Assembly (NCBI GenBank): GCA_045595785.1 | Contig: JAZOBE010000048.1 | Span: 6,009 to 70,008, forward strand | Source: Eubacteriales bacterium | Lineage (GTDB): Bacteria > Bacillota > Clostridia > Oscillospirales > CAG-382 | Direction: 5' to 3' | DNA: 64,000 bases | Part shown: one piece after another, positions 55,755 through 64,000 of the stretch | Position numbering within the stretch: the stretch's first letter is position 1 | Layout of the letters: each line of letters opens with the position of its first letter | Notes under the pieces: model-generated | What the model was told of the DNA's origin: nothing | What the model saw: only the letters and a program-made list of their open reading frames with translations | The model's database searches: none | Program-made: the position numbers and the translations under genes

Positions 55755-56882
55755 TTATTCCTTTATCTCGATAACTCTGTAATACTTTTTGTTTCCAACG
55801 AGTCTGAGCTGGTTTTCCAGCGTATCTGCAGGGATAAACTCATCGGTTTCGGGCACGTACAAAACGTCCTTGCCCTGAAGCTCTGTAACAAACGCATCCT
55901 TTGAAAGGGCATTACGTTTATCTCTCACGTATCTTCCCTTAGCCGCCTCAATAATATCCGAAGCTACGGCGGATGCGGTTGCAACGCCTCCTGCGCCTCT
56001 TCCGCGGAAGGTTACTCCGCCGACACAGTTGCCGTAAACGGTTACGGCGTTGATAACGTCATCGGTAATACCAAGAACAGTATCCTTTTTAACAAGGCAG
56101 GGTGCCACCAGCAGGCGGACCTTACCCTCATTACGCTCACCGTAGCCGATAAGCTTAATGGAATATCCTCTGTTTTCCGCTTTTTTAACGTCCTCGGGAG
56201 TAACGGTATCAATGCCCTGCATTACGGAAACGTTATCCAGCGTAATGACCGAATTAAATGCAATTCCTGCAAGAATACATATCTTTCTTGCGCAGTCCGC
56301 ACCGGAAATATCAGCGGTAGGATCCTTCTCCGCATAGCCCAGCGCCTGTGCCTGCTTGAGCGCCTCATCAAAAGGAGTGCCCTCATCACGCATCTTTGTT
56401 AATATATAGTTGGTAGTGCCGTTAAGTATTCCGCAAACAGACTCCATATCGTTGGCGCAAAGGCACTGAAGCATAGGGTGGATAACGGGAATGCCGCCGC
56501 CTGCAGATGCCTCATAAAGATATGCAACGCCATGCTTCTCCGCTTCCGCAAGAAGCTCTATACCGTGCTTTTCAACAACAGCCTTGTTGGAAGTTACCAC
56601 GCTTTTGCCTGCACGGATAAGTGCAAGAGAAAACTCGTATGCGGGAGAGGTGCCGCCCATAGTCTCAGCAACGACGGATATCTCCTCATCACACAAAATA
56701 TCATTAAAATCGGGAGTGACCGCTTTCTCCATAGCATGTCCGGGGAAAGTGCGCAGGTCCAGAATACGTTTAACCTCAAAATCCTCACCCATACGGGAGG
56801 AAATGAGGGAAGAATTTTTATTTAAGACCTCGTACACGCCCTGACCGACGACGCCGAAGCCGAGAATAGCAACCTTTGCCAT
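55755..56882 (-). CDS. hom: Homoserine dehydrogenase
   Basis: VAILGFGVVGQGV Rossmann motif, catalytic region, and a C-terminal ACT-like part. Start after GGAGG. Confidence 0.9.
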   Translation of the reverse strand: MAKVAILGFGVVGQGVYEVLNKNSSLISSRMGEDFEVKRILDLRTFPGHAMEKAVTPDFNDILCDEEISVVAETMGGTSPAYEFSLALIRAGKSVVTSNKAVVEKHGIELLAEAEKHGVAYLYEASAGGGIPVIHPMLQCLCANDMESVCGILNGTTNYILTKMRDEGTPFDEALKQAQALGYAEKDPTADISGADCARKICILAGIAFNSVITLDNVSVMQGIDTVTPEDVKKAENRGYSIKLIGYGERNEGKVRLLVAPCLVKKDTVLGITDDVINAVTVYGNCVGGVTFRGRGAGGVATASAVASDIIEAAKGRYVRDKRNALSKDAFVTELQGKDVLYVPETDEFIPADTLENQLRLVGNKKYYRVIEIKE

Positions 56883-57162
56883 TGGAAACACCTCCATTAT
56901 TGACGTAGTTTACCACATATATGCCAACAAATCAAGTTAAAATTCAAAATAATGTTTATTTATGCACTTTTTACCCATACATTATACCACAAATACTTAT
57001 TTTTTTCAAGTCTTTACAATGTAAACAAATTGTAATATACTATGGTGGGCAATCACTTGAAAAGTGAAAGAAAGCAACTAACGGTTTATGGAAAATCTAT
57101 TGTATTTTTCACGGAAAAGTGGTATTATTTACCTATAAAATCAATTTTGAGGAATTACCCGG

Positions 57163-59439
57163 ATGATAAAACTTCATTCTCTGCCGAAAGCGGCGGAGGC
57201 ATTCTTTACAGAAAAAGGAATAGATATTAATTCGGTCTGTGTTACCATGCGGTCGGATATGGCGTTTCCCGGCAGACGGGCAGACACCTTTATTCTGCTT
57301 ACCGAAAAAGAGCTTTTGGTGGCTGAGGGTATTATAATCCACACCAAAAAGGGCGGAAAACGAGTAAGCTTTTTTGATTGCTTTGATTACCGCAGCTATC
57401 TGATTGCGGATATGGAAGAGCCCAAGACCGAAATGCTTATATCCACTGCCCGTATTACGGCAGTATTCGGCACAGACGTTATACCTATGTTCGATATATC
57501 CTCTGCCTGCAAGCATGAGGCAAACGTGATATGCGAATGTATAAAGGAAATTAAAAAGGACGGGCATATTGACGAAAAGAAGCATTCGGACAAAAAGGGA
57601 AAAGAGACCCATTGTCCCAAATGCGGTATGCGGTATCCCGACCAGCAGAGGAAGGTATGCCCAAAGTGTCTTGAAAAGACCAAGCTTATTAAAAAGATGC
57701 TTGCCCTTTTCAGCAGATACAAAATGTATATGCTGCTTCTTCTTTTGGCGTTTATTGCGTCTGCCGCGTTGTCCGTGGCGGTGCCCTACGTTTCCAACCA
57801 GCTCCTTTACGGTGAGGTTTTGGAGGAGGGCGGCAGTATGTTCGGTATGATCGGCACCGTGGTGCTGATGATCATCGGCATAAGAATTGCATTTTTGCTT
57901 GTTAATCTGGCGGTAGGTACGTTGTCATCGCGGACGGCGGCGCACGTTACCTACGACCTGAAGATGCTTATATTCGAAAACATAAATAAATTGTCCCTCT
58001 CTTTCTTTACTTCCAGACAGACGGGCGGACTTATGACCCAGGTAAACGGAGATTCCACCACGCTGTACTGGTTTTTCTGTGACGGATTTCCCTATCTGGT
58101 AACCAACGTGCTTACCCTGCTGTGCGTAATGGCGGTAATGCTGGTTTCCAACCCGTTGCTTACCCTTTTTGCATTTATTACGGTGCCCGTTTTCTTCTTC
58201 GTATACAAATATCTGTTCCTCGCCTTTGACAAGCTTTGGGCGAGAAACTGGGCAAGAAGACGAAGCCTTAATTCGCTTATTTCCGACGTGCTTAACGGTA
58301 TGAGAGTGGTAAAATCCTTCTCCCGCGAGAACGAGGAAAGCGCGCGTTTTGACAGACGCAACCGCGCCCACGCGGAAACGGTGGCGGAGGCAGGTATGCT
58401 CAGCGCAAAGTCCTTCCCTCTCATCACCTTTTTGCTTCAGGCAGGTCTGTACGTTGTGTGGGGCGTAGGCGGCTGGCAGGTTATGACCCATACCGGAAAT
58501 ATGGATTACGCCGCGCTGTCTGCGTTTATCGCATACTTCGGTCTGATTACGGGACCTTTACAGTTCTTTGCGGACGTTTCCAACTGGTGGAGCGAATGTC
58601 TAAACGCCATGCAGAGACTTTTTGAAATTAAAGATTCCGTGCCCGAGGTAAGAGAAAGCGAAAGCCCCGTGTGTCTTGACACGGTAAAGGGAGATATAAA
58701 GTTTGACAACGTAATATTCTCTTACGAGGAAAACCGCCGTATTATCGATGGAATTTCATTTGAAGTCCCTGCCGGAAAGACGGTGGGTATAGTTGGAAAG
58801 ACCGGCGCCGGAAAGAGCACGCTGGTTAACCTGCTTACCCGTCTTTACGACGTGTCCGACGGCGGAATTTATATTGACGGAATTAACGTAAAGGATCTTT
58901 CCTTTGAGACCTTGCGAAACAACGTGGCGATAGTTTCTCAGGAGACTTATCTGTTCCGCGGAACCATAAAGGAAAACATACGCTACGCACGCCCCGACGC
59001 CACCGACGAGGAGGTTATGCAGGCGGCGAGAATAGCGTCCGCACATCAGTTTATTATAAAATACCCCGATGGGTACGATACCCGTGTGGGACTGGGCGGA
59101 AAAGAGCTTTCCGGCGGTGAGAAGCAGAGAGTTTCTATTGCCAGAGCAGTTCTCCGCGACCCGAGAATACTTATTCTTGACGAAGCCACCGCCGCAATGG
59201 ATACCCAGACCGAGCGGCAGATACAGGCGTCTCTTACGGCACTTGCCAAGGGCAGAACCACCATTATGATAGCCCACCGTCTTTCTACGCTGAGGGATGC
59301 GGATTTCCTCGTGGTTGTGGAAAACGGAAAAATGCCCGAAAAGGGTACCGCCACCGAGCTGCTTAAAGCAAAGGGTGTGTACTACCGTCTTTACAAAATG
59401 CAGGCGGACGCACTTAAAACTATCGGTATAGAGGAGTGA
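57163..59439 (+). CDS. ABC exporter (TMD-NBD) with a ~170-aa N-terminal extension ending in a zinc ribbon
   Basis: CPKCG..CPKC just before TM1. Walker A GKTGAGKST, LSGGEKQR, ILILDEAT. Confidence 0.85.
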   Translation: MIKLHSLPKAAEAFFTEKGIDINSVCVTMRSDMAFPGRRADTFILLTEKELLVAEGIIIHTKKGGKRVSFFDCFDYRSYLIADMEEPKTEMLISTARITAVFGTDVIPMFDISSACKHEANVICECIKEIKKDGHIDEKKHSDKKGKETHCPKCGMRYPDQQRKVCPKCLEKTKLIKKMLALFSRYKMYMLLLLLAFIASAALSVAVPYVSNQLLYGEVLEEGGSMFGMIGTVVLMIIGIRIAFLLVNLAVGTLSSRTAAHVTYDLKMLIFENINKLSLSFFTSRQTGGLMTQVNGDSTTLYWFFCDGFPYLVTNVLTLLCVMAVMLVSNPLLTLFAFITVPVFFFVYKYLFLAFDKLWARNWARRRSLNSLISDVLNGMRVVKSFSRENEESARFDRRNRAHAETVAEAGMLSAKSFPLITFLLQAGLYVVWGVGGWQVMTHTGNMDYAALSAFIAYFGLITGPLQFFADVSNWWSECLNAMQRLFEIKDSVPEVRESESPVCLDTVKGDIKFDNVIFSYEENRRIIDGISFEVPAGKTVGIVGKTGAGKSTLVNLLTRLYDVSDGGIYIDGINVKDLSFETLRNNVAIVSQETYLFRGTIKENIRYARPDATDEEVMQAARIASAHQFIIKYPDGYDTRVGLGGKELSGGEKQRVSIARAVLRDPRILILDEATAAMDTQTERQIQASLTALAKGRTTIMIAHRLSTLRDADFLVVVENGKMPEKGTATELLKAKGVYYRLYKMQADALKTIGIEE

Positions 59440-59444
59440 ATAAT

Positions 59445-59999
59445 ATGAACGTAATTGCCGAAACCGTATATTTTACCCCCGAAAACGCACGGTTTTATCT
59501 TACCGCAGGGGGACTTGTGGGGCTTAATGCGTTTATTCCCCCCGTGGGAAAGGACGATCTTGCCGATGAAAACGCAGATCTGTCTCCCGTTTGGCAGGAT
59601 CTTGGCAGAGTGTTCCTGCACAGAGCGTTCCCTTACGATATGCCGGATATGTTTATTTCCGTTCAGGACAAGGACGGAAAGGAATACGGTATGGTAAAAA
59701 GCATTGCGGATTTTCCCGAGGATATCCGTAATATTCTTAAGGGCGAGCTTAACCGAAAGTATTTCACCCCCGTTATTACAAAAATACACACCGTATCTGC
59801 CAAGTTCGGATACACCTATTGGGAAGCGGACAGCGATATGGGAAAGCTTTCTTTTTCCATGCACGATACCTACCGCAATATAGCAAAAGTCGGCGAAAAC
59901 CGCCTCATTCTCACCGATGTGGACGGTAACCGCTATGAGATAAAGGACTATATGGCGCTGGACAGAAAAAGCTTCAGAAAGCTTGAACTGTATTTATAA
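59445..59999 (+). CDS. DUF1854 domain protein
   Basis: About 185-aa soluble ORF between two ABC exporter genes, recalled as the DUF1854 family. ATG at 59445 follows GAGGAG. Confidence 0.6.
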   Translation: MNVIAETVYFTPENARFYLTAGGLVGLNAFIPPVGKDDLADENADLSPVWQDLGRVFLHRAFPYDMPDMFISVQDKDGKEYGMVKSIADFPEDIRNILKGELNRKYFTPVITKIHTVSAKFGYTYWEADSDMGKLSFSMHDTYRNIAKVGENRLILTDVDGNRYEIKDYMALDRKSFRKLELYL

Positions 60000-60000
60000 T

Positions 60001-60099
60001 ACACCCCTAAAATCCTTGCGGATTTTTGGGGACCCCGAAAAAAACACACCCCTAAAATCCTTACGGATTTTTGGGGACCCCGAAAAAAAACACACCCCC
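60001..60099 (-). repeat. Family-A palindromic units (2.5 copies) inside the ABC operon
   Basis: acacccctaaaatcc-ttgc/ttac-ggatttttggggaccccgaaaaaaa, twice. The first unit is identical to the one at 24515-24552. Confidence 0.85.
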
Positions 60100-60157
60100 G
60101 CAGGCTCAACAAAAGGACTTGTTGGGCAGGAAATCTGACAAAACAGAGATTTGTTTT

Positions 60158-62290
60158 ATGCAAACATTAGATTTTACTTTTAACCTTGATTTTTACAACA
60201 ACAGAATAAAAGGCGCGGGAGAGATGGAGGGAAATATCCTTTGTATCACCGCAGGAGAAACCGTTACCCGTTTTGATATGACCGCCTTTGACGAGGTGAG
60301 ATATATTCAATACGTAGGCTGTTGTGCCGTTGAGGGTATAAAAGACGGAGACGTAACCGAGCTTTGCCGCGGAGATATGTCTGTGGCGGCGGAATTACAG
60401 TCCGTAACCAAGCGTCTCGCCTCATTTCTTGAGGGCAGAGGCTTGGGTGTTGCCGACCCTTACGCAAAGACACATTGCGAAAAATGCGGCAGACGTTTTT
60501 CCCCCGGATCGGTCACCTGCCCCCATTGTGTGGATAAAACCGCACTGCTCCGCAGGCTGCTTCCCTTCTTAAAACCCTATATTGTTCCCCTTTCCCTCTC
60601 GCTTATTACGGTGTTTGCTATATCCGCGGTGTCTATGATATCCCCCTATATCAGCAAACAGCTTATTAACGAGTATATTACCAAAGCAGGAATAAATACC
60701 GATGATAACAAGGTATTTATTGAGTTTATAACGCTGATTCTCCTTATGGCGGGAACAGGACTTCTTACCTCGCTCCTTTCGGTGGCGAGAAGCGCGTTGG
60801 TGGTAAAGGCATCAACGGGTCTGCTTTCCGACCTGCGCAAGATGGTGTATACCGCCGTACAAAAGCTATCCCTTGCAGGGGTAACGCGGCGCACCGCAGG
60901 CGAGCTTATTAACCGTGTTACCGAGGACACGCAGGTCCTTCGCGACGTGCTGGTAAACGATATTCCCTCGCTTATCCAGATGGTGATAATATTCGTGGCG
61001 GTAACCGTAATGCTTATTATCATCAACCCCGTCCTTGCGCTGGTAATACTTATTCCCGTCCCCGTAATGCTGGTGGTATTCCGCTATCTTATGCGTTATA
61101 CCCACAGGCTTTATATGGCGCAATGGCAGGCGTCCTCCGAATGCGGCACCATACTTCACGATATCTTCTCGGGTATCCGCGTGGTAAAGGTGTTCGGCGC
61201 AGAAGAATACGAGCAAAGCCGTTTTGAAAAGGCGGCGCGGAAATTCCGCAATATTTCCGCACGGAACGAGCTTATATGGAACCTTACCATGCCCGTGGCG
61301 GATTTTGCACTTTCTCTGGGCAACTACGCCGCAATATATATTCTCGGAAGTATGCTTTTGGGCAACGAAATAGGTCTGGGCGATATGGCGCTGGTCCTTT
61401 CATACGTTTCCATGATATACGGTCCTCTCCGCTGGATGGCGAATATGCCCCGCCGTCTTACGAGAGCCATTACCAGTATGTCAAAGGTGTTTGAGATAAT
61501 CGACGAGGAGCCTGAGATAGTTGATAAGCCCACAGCGGTGGATACTGCCGTAAAAGGCGATATTTCCTTCAAAAATGCGTATTTCGGATATAATTCATAC
61601 GAAAACGTGCTTAAAAACGTATCCGTTGATATTAACAACGGTGAGATGGTGGGTATTGTGGGCAGGTCCGGCGTGGGCAAATCCACAATGATAAACCTTA
61701 TAATGCGTCTGTACGATCTGACGGGCGGCTCACTTACCATTGACGGTATCGACATTAAGGATTACTCACAGCATTCACTCCGCTCGCAGATAGGCGTGGT
61801 GCTGCAGGAGACTTATCTGTTCCGCGGCACGGTATACGATAATATCGCATACGCAAAGCCCAACTGCACTCCCGAAGAGGTTATAAATGCGGCAAAGATG
61901 GCAAACGCCCACGCATTTATTATGAAAATGCCCGATGGATACAACACTTACGTCAGTGAGCGAGGCGGCTCCCTCTCCGGCGGTGAGAAGCAGAGAATAG
62001 CTATTGCCCGTGCGGTACTCCGTGACCCCAAGATACTTATTCTTGACGAAGCTACCGCTTCCCTTGATACGGAAACCGAAAAAATGGTGCAGGATGCGGT
62101 GCAGGCGCTGTCCAAGGGCAGAACCACCATCGCAATCGCTCACAGGCTGTCCACGCTCCGCAACTCCACAAAGCTGGTGGTGCTGGAAAAGGGCACCGTG
62201 GAGGAGATAGGCACCCACGAGGAACTGATGAAATCCGGCGGAAGATATTCAAAGCTGGTACTCGCTCAGCGAAAGATGTCAAAAATGTGA
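60158..62290 (+). CDS. ABC exporter (TMD-NBD) with an N-terminal extension ending in a zinc ribbon
   Basis: CEKCG..CPHC before TM1. GRSGVGKST, LSGGEKQR, ILILDEAT. The start codon is uncertain because the RBS is weak. Confidence 0.8.
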   Translation: MQTLDFTFNLDFYNNRIKGAGEMEGNILCITAGETVTRFDMTAFDEVRYIQYVGCCAVEGIKDGDVTELCRGDMSVAAELQSVTKRLASFLEGRGLGVADPYAKTHCEKCGRRFSPGSVTCPHCVDKTALLRRLLPFLKPYIVPLSLSLITVFAISAVSMISPYISKQLINEYITKAGINTDDNKVFIEFITLILLMAGTGLLTSLLSVARSALVVKASTGLLSDLRKMVYTAVQKLSLAGVTRRTAGELINRVTEDTQVLRDVLVNDIPSLIQMVIIFVAVTVMLIIINPVLALVILIPVPVMLVVFRYLMRYTHRLYMAQWQASSECGTILHDIFSGIRVVKVFGAEEYEQSRFEKAARKFRNISARNELIWNLTMPVADFALSLGNYAAIYILGSMLLGNEIGLGDMALVLSYVSMIYGPLRWMANMPRRLTRAITSMSKVFEIIDEEPEIVDKPTAVDTAVKGDISFKNAYFGYNSYENVLKNVSVDINNGEMVGIVGRSGVGKSTMINLIMRLYDLTGGSLTIDGIDIKDYSQHSLRSQIGVVLQETYLFRGTVYDNIAYAKPNCTPEEVINAAKMANAHAFIMKMPDGYNTYVSERGGSLSGGEKQRIAIARAVLRDPKILILDEATASLDTETEKMVQDAVQALSKGRTTIAIAHRLSTLRNSTKLVVLEKGTVEEIGTHEELMKSGGRYSKLVLAQRKMSKM

Positions 62291-62396
62291 CGGAGCGGCT
62301 AATTTAACGCAGAACAAAAACGCGAAAGATACAGTAAAATGTATCGAAAACCGTAGGGGACGGCGTCCTCGACGTCCCGTTTCAAAAAATGAGGTA

Positions 62397-62436
62397 AACC
62401 CCCGTGGAATAAGATCCACGGGGGTTGTTTTATTCG
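62397..62436 (+). terminator. Rho-independent terminator
   Basis: CCCCCGTGGA-loop-TCCACGGGGG plus TTGTTTTATT. Confidence 0.8.
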
Positions 62437-62618
62437 CGTTTTTTAGACGTTTTACGCGGAGGGCAGTACCTTTGTACAGCTCCTCGCGCGTAAAAACGCC
62501 TTCTGCGTCAAATTTTCTCGCTCCTCGCAAAAATCAGACTTTTGGTTATTATAGACATTATTTTCGTGCGAACAGTTTGCGGAAGGGGCAAGCCCCTTCC
62601 CTACATTATCGAAACCTT

Positions 62619-62730
62619 GTGTTTGTGGGGTGTTTTTTCTCGGGGTCCCTGCGAATGCGACTGCATTCGTGGGGTGTTTTTTCTCGGGGTCCCCGCAAAT
62701 CGCAGATTTGTGGGGTGTTTTCTCATTGAC
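62619..62730 (+). repeat. Family-A palindromic units (2.5 copies)
   Basis: Units have inner stems cgaatgc-gac-tgcattcg and caaatc-gca-gatttg between constant cggggtccc(c/t)g and gtggggtg flanks. Confidence 0.85.
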
Positions 62731-62754
62731 ATATCGGTATTTTTATGTTATTAT
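62726..62754 (+). promoter_or_regulatory. Candidate sigma-A promoter of glyQS
   Basis: TTGACA, 17 nt, TGtTATTAT. Confidence 0.55.
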
Positions 62755-62797
62755 TAAATTTAATGTAAAAAACAACATTTTCTTGGGAGAGAGATAT

Positions 62798-64000
62798 ATG
62801 AACAATAACGAAAAAACAATGGAAAAAATCGTTGCCTTTTGTAAAAACAGAGGCTTTGTTTACAGCGGCAGCGAAATATACGGCGGCCTTGCAAACGCAT
62901 GGGATTACGGTCCCTTGGGCGTTGAATTAAAGAATAATATCAAGCGCGCTTGGATGAAGAAGTTCGTTCAGGAAAGCAGATACAACGTAGGTCTTGACTC
63001 TGCTATTCTTATGAACAGAGAGACTTGGGTTGCTTCCGGCCACGTTGTTAACTTTAACGACCCTCTTATTGACTGCAAGAGCTGTAAAATGCGTCACCGC
63101 GCTGACCAGCTTATTGAAAAATGGAACAAGGAAAACGGCGTTGAGATGCACGTTGACGGCATGACCAACGACGAAATGTACGAATATATCGTTGAAAAAG
63201 GCGTAACTTGCTCCTGCGGCAAATGTGATTTCACTCCCATCCGCAAGTTTAATATGATGTTTAAGACCTTCCAGGGCGTTACCGAGGACAGTCAGGCAGA
63301 GGTTTATCTCCGTCCCGAGACCGCCCAGGGTATCTTTGTAAACTTCAAGAATATCCAGCGTACCACCCGCCGCAAGGTGCCTTTCGGCGTTGCACAGGTT
63401 GGTAAGTCCTTCAGAAACGAAATCACCCCCGGTAACTTTATCTTCCGTATCCGTGAGTTTGAGCAGATGGAGCTTGAATTCTTCTGCAAGCCCGGTACCG
63501 AGCTTGAATGGTTTGTATACTGGAAGGATTACTGCTATAACTGGCTTGTAAACCTCGGTATCAAGCCCGAAAATATCCGTATGCGTGACCATGACCCTAA
63601 GGAACTGGCTCACTATTCCAACGCTACCACCGACTTTGAGTTTATGTTCCCCTTCGGATGGGGTGAATTATGGGGCGTTGCTTCCAGAACCGATTTTGAC
63701 CTTAAGGCACATTCTAATCATTCCGGTGAGGATCTCACTTATTTCGACCCCGAAACCAACGAAAAGTACGTTCCTTACGTTGTTGAGCCCTCCCTCGGTG
63801 CAGACAGAGTTCTGCTTGCTTTCCTTGTTGATGCATACGACGAGGAAGACCTTTCAAAGGACGGCAAGGAGGATATCCGTTACGTCCTCCGTCTCCACCC
63901 TGCCCTCGCACCCTACAAGTGCGCTGTTCTCCCCCTTTCCAAGAAGCTGGGTGATCAGGCAAAAGAAATCTACTACGATCTTTGCGCTGATTTTATGTGC
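62798..64000 (+). CDS. glyQS: Glycine--tRNA ligase (alpha2 type), 5' partial (runs off the window)
   Basis: My translation from the ATG at 62798 gives [41 protein letters not shown].. and stays open for 401 codons to the window end. Confidence 0.9.
   Translation, partial: MNNNEKTMEKIVAFCKNRGFVYSGSEIYGGLANAWDYGPLGVELKNNIKRAWMKKFVQESRYNVGLDSAILMNRETWVASGHVVNFNDPLIDCKSCKMRHRADQLIEKWNKENGVEMHVDGMTNDEMYEYIVEKGVTCSCGKCDFTPIRKFNMMFKTFQGVTEDSQAEVYLRPETAQGIFVNFKNIQRTTRRKVPFGVAQVGKSFRNEITPGNFIFRIREFEQMELEFFCKPGTELEWFVYWKDYCYNWLVNLGIKPENIRMRDHDPKELAHYSNATTDFEFMFPFGWGELWGVASRTDFDLKAHSNHSGEDLTYFDPETNEKYVPYVVEPSLGADRVLLAFLVDAYDEEDLSKDGKEDIRYVLRLHPALAPYKCAVLPLSKKLGDQAKEIYYDLCADFMC

Noticed and set aside
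62279-62530. 83-aa minus-strand ORF in the ABC-glyQS spacer, and the 78-aa ORF at 49287..49523
   Set aside because: Both lack an RBS and run through terminator hairpins and AT-rich promoter DNA. Their composition is arbitrary and no recognisable motif is present.
62291-62797. T-box leaders upstream of glyQS, and likewise upstream of hisS and aspS
   Set aside because: The predicted glyQS promoter lies about 45 nt from the start codon, and no AGGGTGGTACCGCG-like T-box sequence is present. The hisS start lies only 17 nt downstream of the MGS-like gene (stop at 35085), and the hisS-aspS spacer is occupied by a family-B repeat.
1-64000. Search for prophage, IS/transposase, integrase, toxin-antitoxin, restriction-modification or other defence genes
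   Set aside because: None of the credible ORFs carries nuclease, recombinase, reverse-transcriptase, methyltransferase (other than tlyA) or toxin-like motifs that I can recognise. The window is core-genome-like apart from the noncoding repeats.

Overview
This 64-kb window looks like the chromosome of a Gram-positive anaerobe. The gene content and order suggest Clostridia, possibly Oscillospiraceae or Ruminococcaceae, but that placement is inference only. It is mostly housekeeping and cell-envelope genes, with no phage, IS, integrase, cas or recognisable defence genes.

Recognisable genes in order:
- An OmpR/HK two-component operon, tspO, and a Gfo/Idh/MocA oxidoreductase.
- A three-gene GlpA-like flavoprotein/DUF1667 cluster and two tandem paralogous surface proteins.
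- Glycerate kinase, a MoxR-DUF58-transglutaminase operon, a DagK-like lipid kinase, tmcAL and ackA.
- A TPP riboswitch with thiT, and an ABC-2/GldG/DUF4340 operon.
- hisS-aspS, a MinD-like ATPase with a degenerate methylglyoxal-synthase-like gene, and pyrR.
- A glycan-related envelope module, then the conserved block dxs-tlyA-nadK-argR-recN.
- A tRNA-Glu(CUC), hom, two ABC exporters bracketing a DUF1854 gene, and the 5' part of glyQS.

Four things are not explained by ordinary protein annotation:
1. A roughly 645-nt ORF-free, hairpin-rich region sits directly upstream of a 187-aa four-TM protein and dxs. This matches the published synteny of OLE RNA and OapA.
2. A very dense family of 41-47-nt palindromic intergenic units occurs at 9 loci, often in tandem. 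The GGGG/CCCC flanks are constant and the inner stems covary.
3. At three loci these units are part of a larger composite element of about 340 nt, and its outer end supplies the last two codons (Ala-Arg) and abuts or overlaps the stop of three unrelated genes.
4. A second hairpin repeat family occurs three times.

I did not find a convincing new protein-based system. All family names come from motif recognition by eye, and no searches were run.
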